The translations under genes were made by a program, and so were the position numbers. DNA of 64,000 bases from the NCBI GenBank assembly GCA_028718865.1, contig JAQUKX010000004.1, positions 35,753 to 99,752 on the forward strand. The letters run 5' to 3'. Numbering within the stretch: position 1 is the stretch's first letter; every line of letters begins with the position of its first letter. The stretch is from Patescibacteria group bacterium (GTDB lineage Bacteria; Patescibacteriota; Patescibacteriia; UBA1558; GWA2-36-10). Below are positions 37,811 to 47,193 of the stretch, piece after piece. The notes beneath the pieces are model-generated. The model ran no database searches, was not told the DNA's origin, and worked only from the letters and a program-made list of their open reading frames with translations.

Positions 37811-38821
37811 TTAATCTTTTGCTTCAAAATCCAAAAAATAACCGAACCTAGCTCTTCCTCTATATTGCGGTTTTTTCAAATTCAAAGTAGTGATTATGCC
37901 GCGCGGACTCAAATCATAACCTTCTATTTTTACATCCCGACCGTCAACAATGGCCGTGGCCATTACCGGTTGAGGATGGCCTATGGCATAAGCCAATTTT
38001 ACCAAGACTTCTTTGGCCTGATATTTTTTCAAATACTTTGTAGCCAGATAACGAGCCATATAAGCAGCGCTACGATCAACTTTGGTGGCATCCTTACCGC
38101 TATAGCAGCCACCGCCGACTGGAATCTGCGGGCCATAGTTATCCACAATAATTTTACGTCCGGTTAAGCCGGTATCTGCCTCAAAACCTCCTTGGACAAA
38201 AGGACCAGCTGGATTGATAAAAATATTTTTATAATCCGGTACAATAGTATCTACTATTTCTTTTTGAACCAGTTTTCTCAATTGCTCAATCTCAATCTCC
38301 GGACTATGCTGGGTGGAAATAACTACGGTTTCCACTTGGCCGTTATTGATAGTGATTTGTGATTTGCCATCGGGCCGCAAATATTTTGCCAGCTCTGACT
38401 GGCCTTTTACCCTTACTTCCTCGAGCTTTCTGGCCAAATTATAAGCCAAGACATGTTCGCGAGGAAGGAGCTCTTTGGTTTCGCTGCTAGCATAACCCAC
38501 CATGATACCCTGATCGCCAGCGCCACCGGTATCTACTCCCCGGGCAATATCAGGGCTTTGCTTAACAATATTGACGAATATTTCCAATTCTTCATCATAG
38601 CCGATTTCTTTATAAACTTCCCTGGCAATTTGGGCGGCGTCAAACTTGGCGCTGGTAGTCACCTCGCCCATAATAACTAGCTGGCCATGCCCGCCCAAAG
38701 CTTCTACTGCCACCCGACTGTCGGGATCTTGCCTCAAACATTCATCTAAAATAGCATCCGATATCTGGTCGCAAACTTTATCCGGATGACCGTAAGTTAC
38801 ATTTTCCGCTGTCTTTAGCAT
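37811..38821 (-). CDS. metK: S-adenosylmethionine synthetase (short form)
   Basis: 336 aa; GHPDKVCDQISDAILD, GGAGDQGIMVGYA and other MetK motifs. Confidence 0.88.
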   Translation of the reverse strand: MLKTAENVTYGHPDKVCDQISDAILDECLRQDPDSRVAVEALGGHGQLVIMGEVTTSAKFDAAQIAREVYKEIGYDEELEIFVNIVKQSPDIARGVDTGGAGDQGIMVGYASSETKELLPREHVLAYNLARKLEEVRVKGQSELAKYLRPDGKSQITINNGQVETVVISTQHSPEIEIEQLRKLVQKEIVDTIVPDYKNIFINPAGPFVQGGFEADTGLTGRKIIVDNYGPQIPVGGGCYSGKDATKVDRSAAYMARYLATKYLKKYQAKEVLVKLAYAIGHPQPVMATAIVDGRDVKIEGYDLSPRGIITTLNLKKPQYRGRARFGYFLDFEAKD

Positions 38822-38842
38822 TTTTTCTACTTTAATTATTTA

Positions 38843-38990
38843 AAAAACTCTCCTTTAAGAGAGTGGATAAAAATTATCTTTCCCTCACAAAGGGTTGGAC
38901 TGAGCACCTTTCTCTGCCTGCCAGCTGGCAGACAGCAAGATGGTTGCCGGCGGATCACAGAGCCAATTCTCTCCCCGCTCTCTTGATAAA
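38843..38990 (-). promoter_or_regulatory. SAM-I (S-box) riboswitch with terminator expression platform, in metK leader
   Basis: Minus strand: UUAUCAAGAGAGCGGGGAGAGAAUUGGCUCUGUGAUCCGCCGGCAACC...AAGGUGCUCAGUCCAACC...GGGAAAGAUAA (P1 UUAUC/GAUAA, conserved AGAGNGG, GGCAACC, GGUGC, AGAUAA), then hairpin CCACUCUCUUAAAGGAGAGU plus UUUUUU before the metK ATG. Confidence 0.8.
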
Positions 38991-39109
38991 ACTTTTCCGC
39001 AACTGCTGCGAAAAATATTAAATTGTTAAAAATAGTATAGCTTATTTTGAAAATTTTGACAAATATGCAATAATAATAGAGTAAAAAATAAAAAAGGAGA
39101 AATATAAAA

Positions 39110-39337
39110 ATGATTTTTAAAGAATTGAAATCCCGCAGTTTTATAAAAACTCTTAGCTGGTTTATAGTGGGATTTTCTATAACTTTAGTTGCCTTTTCCC
39201 TGATTACTGGTAATATCAAAGAAGGCTTTCATGGCTCTATTGTTGTTCAATCAATCAAGCTCTTTGCCTATTATTGGCATGAGCGAGTCTGGAGCCGCCT
39301 CAAATACGGCAAGAAATTCAATCCTGGCTTAAAATAA
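39110..39337 (+). CDS. small 2-TM membrane protein (possibly DUF2061-like)
   Basis: 75 aa; SD aaAAGGAGaaatataaaaATG; ...YYWHERVWSRLKYGKK C-terminal motif. Confidence 0.45.
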   Translation: MIFKELKSRSFIKTLSWFIVGFSITLVAFSLITGNIKEGFHGSIVVQSIKLFAYYWHERVWSRLKYGKKFNPGLK

Positions 39338-39341
39338 TTAT

Positions 39342-39653
39342 ATGAAGCTGTCTGCTCTGCAAAAATTTATTCTCAAAGAAAATTTTTTAAATAGCCGGCA
39401 GGGAAAAATTTCACGGCGCAGCTTTGATAATTTTTACAGTCAAATAAAAAAAGCGCCGGCAAAAAAAATCCGCGCTAATATCATTACCAAAAGCATAGAA
39501 CGACTAATAGATAAAGGACTGCTTATTGGTTTTGGTGAAAAAACTCAACACAAGCTTTTTATTACTCATACCAAGCTGACCAGTCATGGCCTTAAAACAG
39601 CCAAAGGGTTATTAGGAAAACAAAGTCAATTACCTTTTAAAAAAAGAAAATAA
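39342..39653 (+). CDS. hypothetical basic protein
   Basis: 103 aa, K/R-rich, 4 nt after the preceding small gene. Confidence 0.4.
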   Translation: MKLSALQKFILKENFLNSRQGKISRRSFDNFYSQIKKAPAKKIRANIITKSIERLIDKGLLIGFGEKTQHKLFITHTKLTSHGLKTAKGLLGKQSQLPFKKRK

Positions 39654-39655
39654 AG

Positions 39656-40387
39656 CTACTCAATTATCACTTTGGTGCCTAGCTGAGCCCACCAGTATAA
39701 ATGCTCCATGTCTTTATAAGCAACATTGACACAGCCGTGGCTCATAGGCTGACCAAAATTATTATGCCAATAAGCGCCGTGAATGTAATAACGGTAGGTT
39801 TTGGTAGTAAAATGCAGATTCCATTTGGTATTGGGATAATCAAAGCCTACCCCGCCATAATGTTTGACTGGTACTTTATCCAAAATTTTAAACTCTCCTT
39901 TGGGCGTTGGCGTACGAGATAAGCCGCCGGAAATAGGAAAAGAGCCAAACTCTTTACCGCCAAAATAATAAGCCAAAGTTTGTTTTTTTAAATCCACTTT
40001 GATTATTTTTTCCAATTGCACTGGCTCGGGGTTGAGAGGATCAAAGCCGGCAGCTACTTCTGTTCCGTCTAGATACAAATCACCGTCGCTGTCTGGATTC
40101 ATCAGTCCAGTACCCAAAATCAATTCCCAATAATCATTGAGATAATCATTATCCGAATCAACGTCAATTAATCTTTTACCGTTTCCGTGACGAGGCGAAT
40201 AGCCATTTTTAATTTCCAAGCCATCAGGATAACCATCGCCATCGCTATCGGGATTAAAAGGATCAGTAAAATAAATATTCAATTCATCATAATCAGACAA
40301 ACCATCGCCATCGCTATCTATCACTGCCTGAGCTGACAAGCCTAAAGGAAAACTTAAAAAAATAATTGCCAAAAATATTTTTCTCAT
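39656..40387 (-). CDS. L,D-transpeptidase (YkuD domain) with N-terminal Asp-rich Ca-binding (thrombospondin type 3-like) repeats
   Basis: Signal peptide MRKIFLAIIFLSFPLGLSAQA (start 40387); four D-x-D-x-DG repeats (DSDGDGLSDYDE, DSDGDGYPDGLE, DSDNDYLNDYWE, DSDGDLYLDGTE); catalytic YIHGAYWHNNFGQPMSHGCVNV. Confidence 0.8.
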   Translation of the reverse strand: MRKIFLAIIFLSFPLGLSAQAVIDSDGDGLSDYDELNIYFTDPFNPDSDGDGYPDGLEIKNGYSPRHGNGKRLIDVDSDNDYLNDYWELILGTGLMNPDSDGDLYLDGTEVAAGFDPLNPEPVQLEKIIKVDLKKQTLAYYFGGKEFGSFPISGGLSRTPTPKGEFKILDKVPVKHYGGVGFDYPNTKWNLHFTTKTYRYYIHGAYWHNNFGQPMSHGCVNVAYKDMEHLYWWAQLGTKVIIE

Positions 40388-40448
40388 TTTTATTATTCTA
40401 AATAATATTTGATATATTAGCATATTTTTACCTAAAATTACAGCTGAA

Positions 40449-40477
40449 TTGACAGAGAGCGTATATTATTGTATATT
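40449..40477 (+). promoter_or_regulatory. sigma70-type promoter for islet B plus-strand gene
   Basis: TTGACA-17 nt-TATATT; followed by about 115-nt leader containing three AAGGAG(G) repeats. Confidence 0.5.
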
Positions 40478-40598
40478 AAAAAAATACAAAGCCCTTTACA
40501 ACCCTTGCAATAGAAAGGAGGTTATTGAAGGAAATCAAGGAGGAGTTGGTTGTAAAACCAGCAAAAAACTTTCCCTGGGGAACAAGGAGTTGGCACGC

Positions 40599-40955
40599 AT
40601 GTGCAAGCAAAACGGAACGGCCATTCTTGGTCAATTCACCAGCAGTCTCTTCGGACTGGATCGTCCTCGCAGTGAAGCCCAAGCGGCCGAAATTGCCAAG
40701 CAAGCAGTCTTGTCTTGGGCTGCTGACCCGAGGCGGATCCGCTCCGCCTACGGTGCTCTTTCCGGAGCAACCAACGAGGCCCGACGCCTCGCCGCTCTGC
40801 CTGAGAACGACCCCCATCGACTACTGGCCACCGCCATGGTGGCCAGGATGAATGAGCTCGCCACCGACGAGCTCAAGAAGAGTCGGCAGTTCGCCGAGAT
40901 CATCAACGAGCTCAACGCTTCCCTTTATCCTCCTCGTCAAGCCGCCACGGCTTGA
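40599..40955 (+). CDS. hypothetical alpha-helical protein (islet B)
   Basis: 118 aa MCKQNGTAILGQFTSSLFGLDRPRSEAQAAEIAKQAVLSWAADPRRIRSAYGALSGATNEARRLAALPENDPHRLLATAMVARMNELATDELKKSRQFAEIINELNASLYPPRQAATA; SD AAGGAG 9 nt upstream; GC-rich codons. Confidence 0.5.
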   Translation: MCKQNGTAILGQFTSSLFGLDRPRSEAQAAEIAKQAVLSWAADPRRIRSAYGALSGATNEARRLAALPENDPHRLLATAMVARMNELATDELKKSRQFAEIINELNASLYPPRQAATA

Positions 40956-41002
40956 TCCTCTACCTCTCGCCCCTAGCTCCCTGAGCTAGGACCATGCCCC
41001 GC

Positions 41003-41035
41003 TTGCTGCCCGCAGTAGGCGGGGTTTTCTTTTTT
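41003..41035 (+). terminator. intrinsic terminator after islet B plus-strand gene
   Basis: GCCCGCagtagGCGGGGttttcttttttt. Confidence 0.6.
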
Positions 41036-41103
41036 TAAACTAAAAAATAAGGCGCCAGACAAAACTGTCCAGCGCCCAAGAGGAAAGAGGCCGATGTTTC
41101 GGC

Positions 41104-41481
41104 CTAGTCCCAACCGGCCGGAGCCGGATCCGGAGGTACGATGTGTCCGACCAGTTCTAGATAGCTCTCCAGATCCTGCGGTTTGACCGCAGCGGCTGAG
41201 CGTAAGTTGCGCCAAGCCACCACTACTTCGTCGCCACCAGCCAAACCGGCTGGCAGAAAGAGCTTGAAGCCGCGGTTGCTGGGAAGATAGACGGCAAAAC
41301 GGAAAAGGGTACGCCCATTTTTCTTGCCAGCCGGCTGCAAACAAGCTAGACGAGGCAGAGCCCATCTAGCCGCACGAATGTGGGGCCTGATAAAATATGC
41401 GGCTGCCCCGGGCGGAATGATGATCTTCTGCCCTTGGGCAACTTCAAAGCTGGGATTTTCCAAATGAATGCCCTGATTCAT
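41104..41481 (-). CDS. hypothetical protein (islet B), convergent with 40599..40955
   Basis: 125 aa MNQGIHLENPSFEVAQGQKIIIPPGAAAYFIRPHIRAARWALPRLACLQPAGKKNGRTLFRFAVYLPSNRGF...; SD cctGGAGGtcaaaaATG. Confidence 0.5.
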   Translation of the reverse strand: MNQGIHLENPSFEVAQGQKIIIPPGAAAYFIRPHIRAARWALPRLACLQPAGKKNGRTLFRFAVYLPSNRGFKLFLPAGLAGGDEVVVAWRNLRSAAAVKPQDLESYLELVGHIVPPDPAPAGWD

Positions 41482-41573
41482 TTTTGACCTCCAGGGAAGA
41501 GGGTGTTGTCAGGCACTCTTACTCCTTAATGCGGCGCCTAACTTATTAATATAAGCGGATTTTATAAGCAAAG

Positions 41574-42725
41574 TCAATACTGACGGCTCCGGCGGCTGGC
41601 TTGACGACTAAAACGATGCGCTTCTTCCCGACTTTGCAGCAGAATATTTTTTATACTATCGGTCAACTGCTTAAACTGCTTGTCGGCTCCTCTGGTATAG
41701 ACTAGTTTATCACCGGCTAATTTGGAAATACCGACTATCGGCACTCTGATATTTTTTAATTTAAAAAAATTATCCACAAAATCAACCTGCGGCCGGCCGC
41801 CATCCAGCATAATAATATCAGGCTGGGGCCACTCATGATGATTAAAACGCCTAGTTAAGACTTCAACCAAGGCCCGCAAATCATCGGCGGCCGGAGCGCT
41901 TTTTATTTTAAACAAACGATACTGACTTTTATCAGCTTGACCGTTACTAAAAACTACCATGGATCCATAAGGCTCCTTGCCAGCCAAATGGGATATATCA
42001 TAACCCTCAATGCGGCTCAGGCCGGCCATACCGAAATCATCACGGCTGATTAAAGAAGCATCGCTGATATGTTTGAGGCTGGCTATCAAATCTGGATTTT
42101 CTTTGGCCAATTTTTTGACCAATCTTTTTTTGTCGCCTTGTAAAAGCAAAATTATATTTTTTATATTATTTTTATATTTTGCCCGACTGACTTCGCCAAC
42201 ACAAATACCTGGACACAGACCTATCTGATAATCAAAACAAGGCCGGCCTTGCTTGGGCCGACAAGTGCTATAAGGGAAAAGGCGACGGATTATGCGCAAG
42301 GCACCGCGCAGTAAATGCTGAGCCTGATAAGGCCCAAAAATATAAGCCTTGCTTTTGGGAAATTTTTTTAGCTGGCGACCGCGGACAATAAACGGATAAG
42401 GATAATCACCTTTGGCAATGACTATGTAGATAAAAGAACGGTCATCGCGATCACGGACATTATACTTGGGCCAAAATTTCTTGATCAAATTGGCTTCCAA
42501 AATTACACTGTCAAGGATAGTCTCGGTTTTTTCGTATTTAATATCATTAGCTTGGGTAACCATCTCTTCTATTCTTGGCTCCAAATCTTTTCGAAAATAC
42601 TGGGAAATTCTCTTTTTGAGCGAGCCAGCCCGGCCAATATAAAGCACTCCTCTCTTTTTATCCAAAAAGCGATAAACGCCCGGTGTATCAGGAAAATTTT
42701 TAATTTTATTTTTCAAATTCGGCAT
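41574..42725 (-). CDS. uvrC: excinuclease ABC subunit C, short form lacking the C-terminal (HhH)2 domain
   Basis: 383 aa; GIY-YIG (PGVYRFLDKKRGVLYIGRAGSLKKR), Cys-rich region, UvrBC-like helix and RNase H-like domain (EGYDISHLAG...); ORF stops where the HhH region would begin. Confidence 0.8.
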   Translation of the reverse strand: MPNLKNKIKNFPDTPGVYRFLDKKRGVLYIGRAGSLKKRISQYFRKDLEPRIEEMVTQANDIKYEKTETILDSVILEANLIKKFWPKYNVRDRDDRSFIYIVIAKGDYPYPFIVRGRQLKKFPKSKAYIFGPYQAQHLLRGALRIIRRLFPYSTCRPKQGRPCFDYQIGLCPGICVGEVSRAKYKNNIKNIILLLQGDKKRLVKKLAKENPDLIASLKHISDASLISRDDFGMAGLSRIEGYDISHLAGKEPYGSMVVFSNGQADKSQYRLFKIKSAPAADDLRALVEVLTRRFNHHEWPQPDIIMLDGGRPQVDFVDNFFKLKNIRVPIVGISKLAGDKLVYTRGADKQFKQLTDSIKNILLQSREEAHRFSRQASRRSRQY

Positions 42726-42726
42726 T

Positions 42727-45237
42727 TTATTTTAAATACTCTTTTAAATATTTGCCGGTGACTGATGCTTGATTGGCAGCCACTTGCTCCGGCGTGCCTT
42801 TGGCCACCAATTTGCCGCCAGCCTGGCCGCCTTCTGGGCCAAGATCAATCAGATAATCCATAGATTTGATGACATGAAGGTTGTGTTCTATCACCACTAC
42901 TGAGTTGCCCTTTTCTATCAGTTTGTTTAAAACTTTCAATAACAATTCTATGTCATGATAATGCAGGCCGACTGTGGGCTCATCCAAAAGATAAAGGCTG
43001 CGCTTACCCAGCTTATGAGTAAGCTCTCTGGCCAATTTTATCCTTTGAGCTTCACCGCCCGATAAGGTGGTAGCGCTCTGGCCGAGTTGTAAATAGCCAA
43101 GCCCGACTTCCTGTAAAACTTTTAGCTTGTCAATGATATGATAATTGCCGTCAAAATAATCTATGGCTTCCTCAATGGTCAATTTCAAAACCTCGGCGAT
43201 ATTTTTGCCTTTGTGCTTTACTTGCAAAGTTTCTCTATTAAACCTCTTTCCCCGACAAACATCGCACTCCACATAAACTGCCGGCAAAAAATGCATTTCT
43301 ATCAGCTTGTAGCCAGCGCCGTCACAAGCCTCGCAACGGCCACCTGCCCGATTGAAAGAAAATCTTGATAAGGTATAGCCGCGCTCTCTGGCATCAGGCA
43401 ATTGGGCAAAAAATTCTCTGATTGGCGTAAATATGCCGGTGTAAGTAGCAGGATTTGACCGCGGCGTACGGCCAATCGGCGACTGGTCTATCACGATTAC
43501 TTTGGCTACATATTCACTGCCTTCCAAACGGGTCAAGTCCTGCAGTTTGAATCTACCGGGACGGTTTTTGATAGCAGCCAAATTTTTGTAAAGCACATCA
43601 TAGAGCAAAGTTGACTTACCGCTGCCGGATACTCCGCTGATGCCGACCAGTCTTCGCAGAGGTATTTCTACTTGCAGATTTTTCAAATTATTAGCTCGGG
43701 CGCCGATTAATTTCAAACTTTCCGTGCTCCTCTGCCGTCTTTTTTCAGGTACAGCAATACGCCTATCGCCGACAATATAATCCACTGTCATTGACTGAGC
43801 CGTATTTTTCTTGGCCAAAACCTGTTTGCTAGGCCCGGCAATTACGACCTCGCCGCCATGCACTCCAGCCATCGGACCCAAATCAACCAAATAATCCGCA
43901 TCCAAAATAGTCTGCTCATCATGCTCGACCACTATCACGGTATTATTTTTGGCTCGCAAAGATTTGAGAGTATCTATCAGCTTCTGAGTATCTCTTTCGT
44001 GCAGGCCTATGGTCGGCTCGTCCAAAACATAAAGGGTGCGGGACAAATGCGAGCCGATTTGCGAAGACAGCCTGATGCGCTGGGCTTCGCCGCCTGAAAG
44101 CGTATGCGCCCGCCTATCTAGCGTCAAATAATTCAAGCCAACTTTTAGCAAAAACTCCAAACGGCTGATTATCTCCACTACTACCGGCTCAGCTACTGCC
44201 CTGTCCTTGGTCGGCATTTTTTCAAAATAAGTATTGAAAAATTCCTGCGCTTGATCAATCGGCAAGGCTGTCAACTGGGCAATGTTTTTATTGCGGATTT
44301 TGACTGACAAAGTTTCGGGTCTCAATCTCTGGCCACCACAATCAGCGCAAGCTTCGTCGTTTTCCCAAGAGGCTACTCCCAAGCCATTACAAGCCGGGCA
44401 AGCGCCGTGCGGGCTATTGAAAGAAAAAAGCCTAGGCTCCACTTCGGGAAAAGAAAAATTGTCCTGCGGGCAAGTCCAATTGGAAGAAAGTAAAAACTCT
44501 TCGGGCTTTGACTTATCATCGTCAAATAAAACTGTCATTACCGATTGGCCGTAATCAAGGGCGTTTTCTACTGCCTCGGACAAACGGGATTGGTCGCTCA
44601 GCAATACTTTGTCCACGATGATATCTATGTCATGCTTTTTGTATCTGGCTAGATTTATCTTTTCATGCAGATTGTGATAGCGGCCGTCAATTCTGGCTTG
44701 AGAATAACCCAAAGCCAGATAATCATACAGGAGCTGATAATACTCGCCCTTACGGCCTCGGATCACTGGCGCTAAAATACTGACATACTGCTGCTTCAAT
44801 TCTTTGCCGCGCTTGACAATAATGTCTGCCATTTCATCCACTGACAGCTTTTGAATTTTTTGTCCGCAAAGCGGACAAAATACTTCTCCCAGCCGTGCGT
44901 ACAAGACCCGCAGATAATCATAAATCTCAGTCAAGGTGCCGACTGTGGAACGCGGATTGTGGCTCAAAGACCTCTGATCAATGGAAATAGACGGCGCTAG
45001 TCCGATAATCTCATCAACGTCTGCCGGCTTCATTTGTCCCAAAAATTGCCGCGCATAAGGCGATAGCGATTCAATATAGCGCCTTTGGCCTTCGGCAAAA
45101 ATAGTGTCAAAAGCCAAAGACGATTTGCCGCTGCCGGAAACGCCGGTGATTACCGTCAATTGATTATGAGGTATAGTCAGGCTGATATTTTTCAAGTTGT
45201 GCACTCTGGCGCCCTTGATAATTATATTTTCTTCCAT
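42727..45237 (-). CDS. uvrA: excinuclease ABC subunit A
   Basis: 836 aa; two ABC ATPase modules (GVSGSGKSSLAFDT / GVSGSGKSTLLYDV) with zinc-finger Cys clusters. Confidence 0.92.
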   Translation of the reverse strand: MEENIIIKGARVHNLKNISLTIPHNQLTVITGVSGSGKSSLAFDTIFAEGQRRYIESLSPYARQFLGQMKPADVDEIIGLAPSISIDQRSLSHNPRSTVGTLTEIYDYLRVLYARLGEVFCPLCGQKIQKLSVDEMADIIVKRGKELKQQYVSILAPVIRGRKGEYYQLLYDYLALGYSQARIDGRYHNLHEKINLARYKKHDIDIIVDKVLLSDQSRLSEAVENALDYGQSVMTVLFDDDKSKPEEFLLSSNWTCPQDNFSFPEVEPRLFSFNSPHGACPACNGLGVASWENDEACADCGGQRLRPETLSVKIRNKNIAQLTALPIDQAQEFFNTYFEKMPTKDRAVAEPVVVEIISRLEFLLKVGLNYLTLDRRAHTLSGGEAQRIRLSSQIGSHLSRTLYVLDEPTIGLHERDTQKLIDTLKSLRAKNNTVIVVEHDEQTILDADYLVDLGPMAGVHGGEVVIAGPSKQVLAKKNTAQSMTVDYIVGDRRIAVPEKRRQRSTESLKLIGARANNLKNLQVEIPLRRLVGISGVSGSGKSTLLYDVLYKNLAAIKNRPGRFKLQDLTRLEGSEYVAKVIVIDQSPIGRTPRSNPATYTGIFTPIREFFAQLPDARERGYTLSRFSFNRAGGRCEACDGAGYKLIEMHFLPAVYVECDVCRGKRFNRETLQVKHKGKNIAEVLKLTIEEAIDYFDGNYHIIDKLKVLQEVGLGYLQLGQSATTLSGGEAQRIKLARELTHKLGKRSLYLLDEPTVGLHYHDIELLLKVLNKLIEKGNSVVVIEHNLHVIKSMDYLIDLGPEGGQAGGKLVAKGTPEQVAANQASVTGKYLKEYLK

Positions 45238-45339
45238 AAATTTAATTAAAAATTTCTGCGGACAGATAATACTACGAGCGATTTAGGCGAAGCCGTTAAG
45301 CGAATAATATTATCTGGAAGCGATATTATTCGTTAGTTA

Positions 45340-47193
45340 TTATTTTTTAATTTTTGGCTTAGCTTCAATATCCAAAAATCTTTCCATTTTTTTAATAATG
45401 GTTTTAGGTTCTATTTTGTGTTTTTTATTATAAGCCAGTTGTAAAAAACGGCGGCGATTGACTTCATTGATTGCTCTTTTGATAGAACCAGTGAGCTTGT
45501 CGGCATAAAGTATTACCTGGCCTCTGACATTTCTAGCTGCTCGCCCCATAGTCTGAACCAATGAAGTTTCACTGCGCAAAAAGCCTTCCCGGTCAGCATC
45601 CAAAATCGCCACCAAAGACACCTCTGGCAAATCCAAACCTTCCCGCAAAAGATTGACGCCAATCAAGACATCAAACTTGCCGCGCCGAAAATCCAGCAGA
45701 ATATCCGTCCGCTCTATTGTCTTGATATCCGAATGAATATAATTGGATTTTATGTTTTTTTTCTTTAAATAAGCGTGCAAATCCTCGGCTTGACGCTTGG
45801 TCAAAGTATTGATTATTGTTCTTTCTTTTTTACTACTGATTTTTTCTATTTCTTTGATAATATCGTCTATTTGGCTTTGATTATTTTTTTTGTCAAAAAC
45901 CGGCCGGACTTCTATTGGCGGATCTATCAAGCCAGTAGGCCGGATAAGCTGCTGGGCTACTTGCCGACTGTGCTCAAGTTCCCATTTGCCTGGAGTGGCT
46001 GAGGTAAAAATAGTCTGCCCAACGCGGCTGATAAACTCATCAAATTTTAGCGGTCGATTATCCAGCGCTGAAGGCAAGCGCCAGCCGTATTGCACTAGAG
46101 TTTCTTTGCGACTTCTGTCACCCTCGTACATACCTCTAACTTGAGGCAAAGCAATATGCGACTCATCCATAATAGTCAAAAAATCTGGCCGACCGTCTTT
46201 GGCTGGAAAATAAGCCAGCAAAGTATCCGGCGCTTGGCCAGCCGGCTTGCCCGTCAAGTGGCGGGAATAATTTTCTATGCCATGGCAGTAGCCCAGCGAA
46301 GCCAGCATCTCCATATCATAGCGAGTCCGCCTTTCCAGACGCTCCTGTTCCAGATAAAGTTTTTTCTTGGCCAGATAAGCCAGCCTTTCTTTGAGCTCGG
46401 CTTTGATATCCCTTATGGCTCGCTTGGTTTCTGGCTGGGAAGAGACAAAATGCTTGACTGGAAATAACAAGGCTTCTTGCAAATCTTCTTTTACTTTTCT
46501 GGTCAGTTTATCTACCAGCAAAATTGAACTAATTTTTTGTTCAGTAAGCTCTAAACGATAAATCAGCTTCTGGGCAGCCGGCATTATTTCAAACACATCC
46601 CCCCTGACTCGGAAAAGCCCTCTTTTCAATTCTCCGGGCGTGCGAGTAAATTGGATATTGACCAGTTGTTTTATCAAATCGCCTCTGACTATATTCTGCC
46701 CCAGAGTCAAATGAAGGCAAGACTGCAAATAATTGACCGGTAAGCCGAGATTGTAAATACAGGAAACCGAAGCCACTACTATCACATCTCTTCTGGTCAA
46801 AAGAGCGGAAGTAGCTTGATGGCGCAAGCGGTCAATTTCATCATTGATCATTGCTTCTTTTTCTATATAAGTATCAGTGATAGGCATATAAGCCTCAGGC
46901 TGATAATAATCATAATAAGAAACAAAATAATTAACCGAATTTTCCGGAAAAAAATTCTTATACTCACGATAAAGCTGAGCAGCCAGAGCTTTGTTGGGCG
47001 CCATTACCAAAACCGGCTTGTCAAACTGAGCAATTACATTGGCCATAGTAAAAGTCTTGCCCGAGCCAGTTACTCCCAAAAGAGTTTGATAATCATAGCC
47101 TTTTCCCAATCCAGCAATAAGCCTGTTTATAGCTTGAGGCTGATCTCCGGCCGGCTCAAAAGGCGCTTTTAATTTAAATATTTTTTTAGTCAT
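45340..47193 (-). CDS. uvrB: excinuclease ABC subunit B
   Basis: 617 aa; LGVTGSGKTFTMANVI Walker A, helicase motifs, C-terminal UvrB/UvrC interaction region. Confidence 0.92.
   Translation of the reverse strand: MTKKIFKLKAPFEPAGDQPQAINRLIAGLGKGYDYQTLLGVTGSGKTFTMANVIAQFDKPVLVMAPNKALAAQLYREYKNFFPENSVNYFVSYYDYYQPEAYMPITDTYIEKEAMINDEIDRLRHQATSALLTRRDVIVVASVSCIYNLGLPVNYLQSCLHLTLGQNIVRGDLIKQLVNIQFTRTPGELKRGLFRVRGDVFEIMPAAQKLIYRLELTEQKISSILLVDKLTRKVKEDLQEALLFPVKHFVSSQPETKRAIRDIKAELKERLAYLAKKKLYLEQERLERRTRYDMEMLASLGYCHGIENYSRHLTGKPAGQAPDTLLAYFPAKDGRPDFLTIMDESHIALPQVRGMYEGDRSRKETLVQYGWRLPSALDNRPLKFDEFISRVGQTIFTSATPGKWELEHSRQVAQQLIRPTGLIDPPIEVRPVFDKKNNQSQIDDIIKEIEKISSKKERTIINTLTKRQAEDLHAYLKKKNIKSNYIHSDIKTIERTDILLDFRRGKFDVLIGVNLLREGLDLPEVSLVAILDADREGFLRSETSLVQTMGRAARNVRGQVILYADKLTGSIKRAINEVNRRRFLQLAYNKKHKIEPKTIIKKMERFLDIEAKPKIKK

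Noticed and set aside
38836-39219. 127-aa minus-strand ORF upstream of metK
   Set aside because: It overlaps the SAM-I riboswitch and its terminator, the sequence is low-complexity (FIFLLFYFLLYYY), and there is no SD. It is non-coding leader.
40476-40851. ORFs 40525..40851(+) and 40476..40817(-) in islet B
   Set aside because: They are Pro/Ser/Arg-rich translations typical of off-frames in GC-rich DNA. The frame starting at ATG 40599 with the AAGGAG site gives a helical, protein-like sequence.
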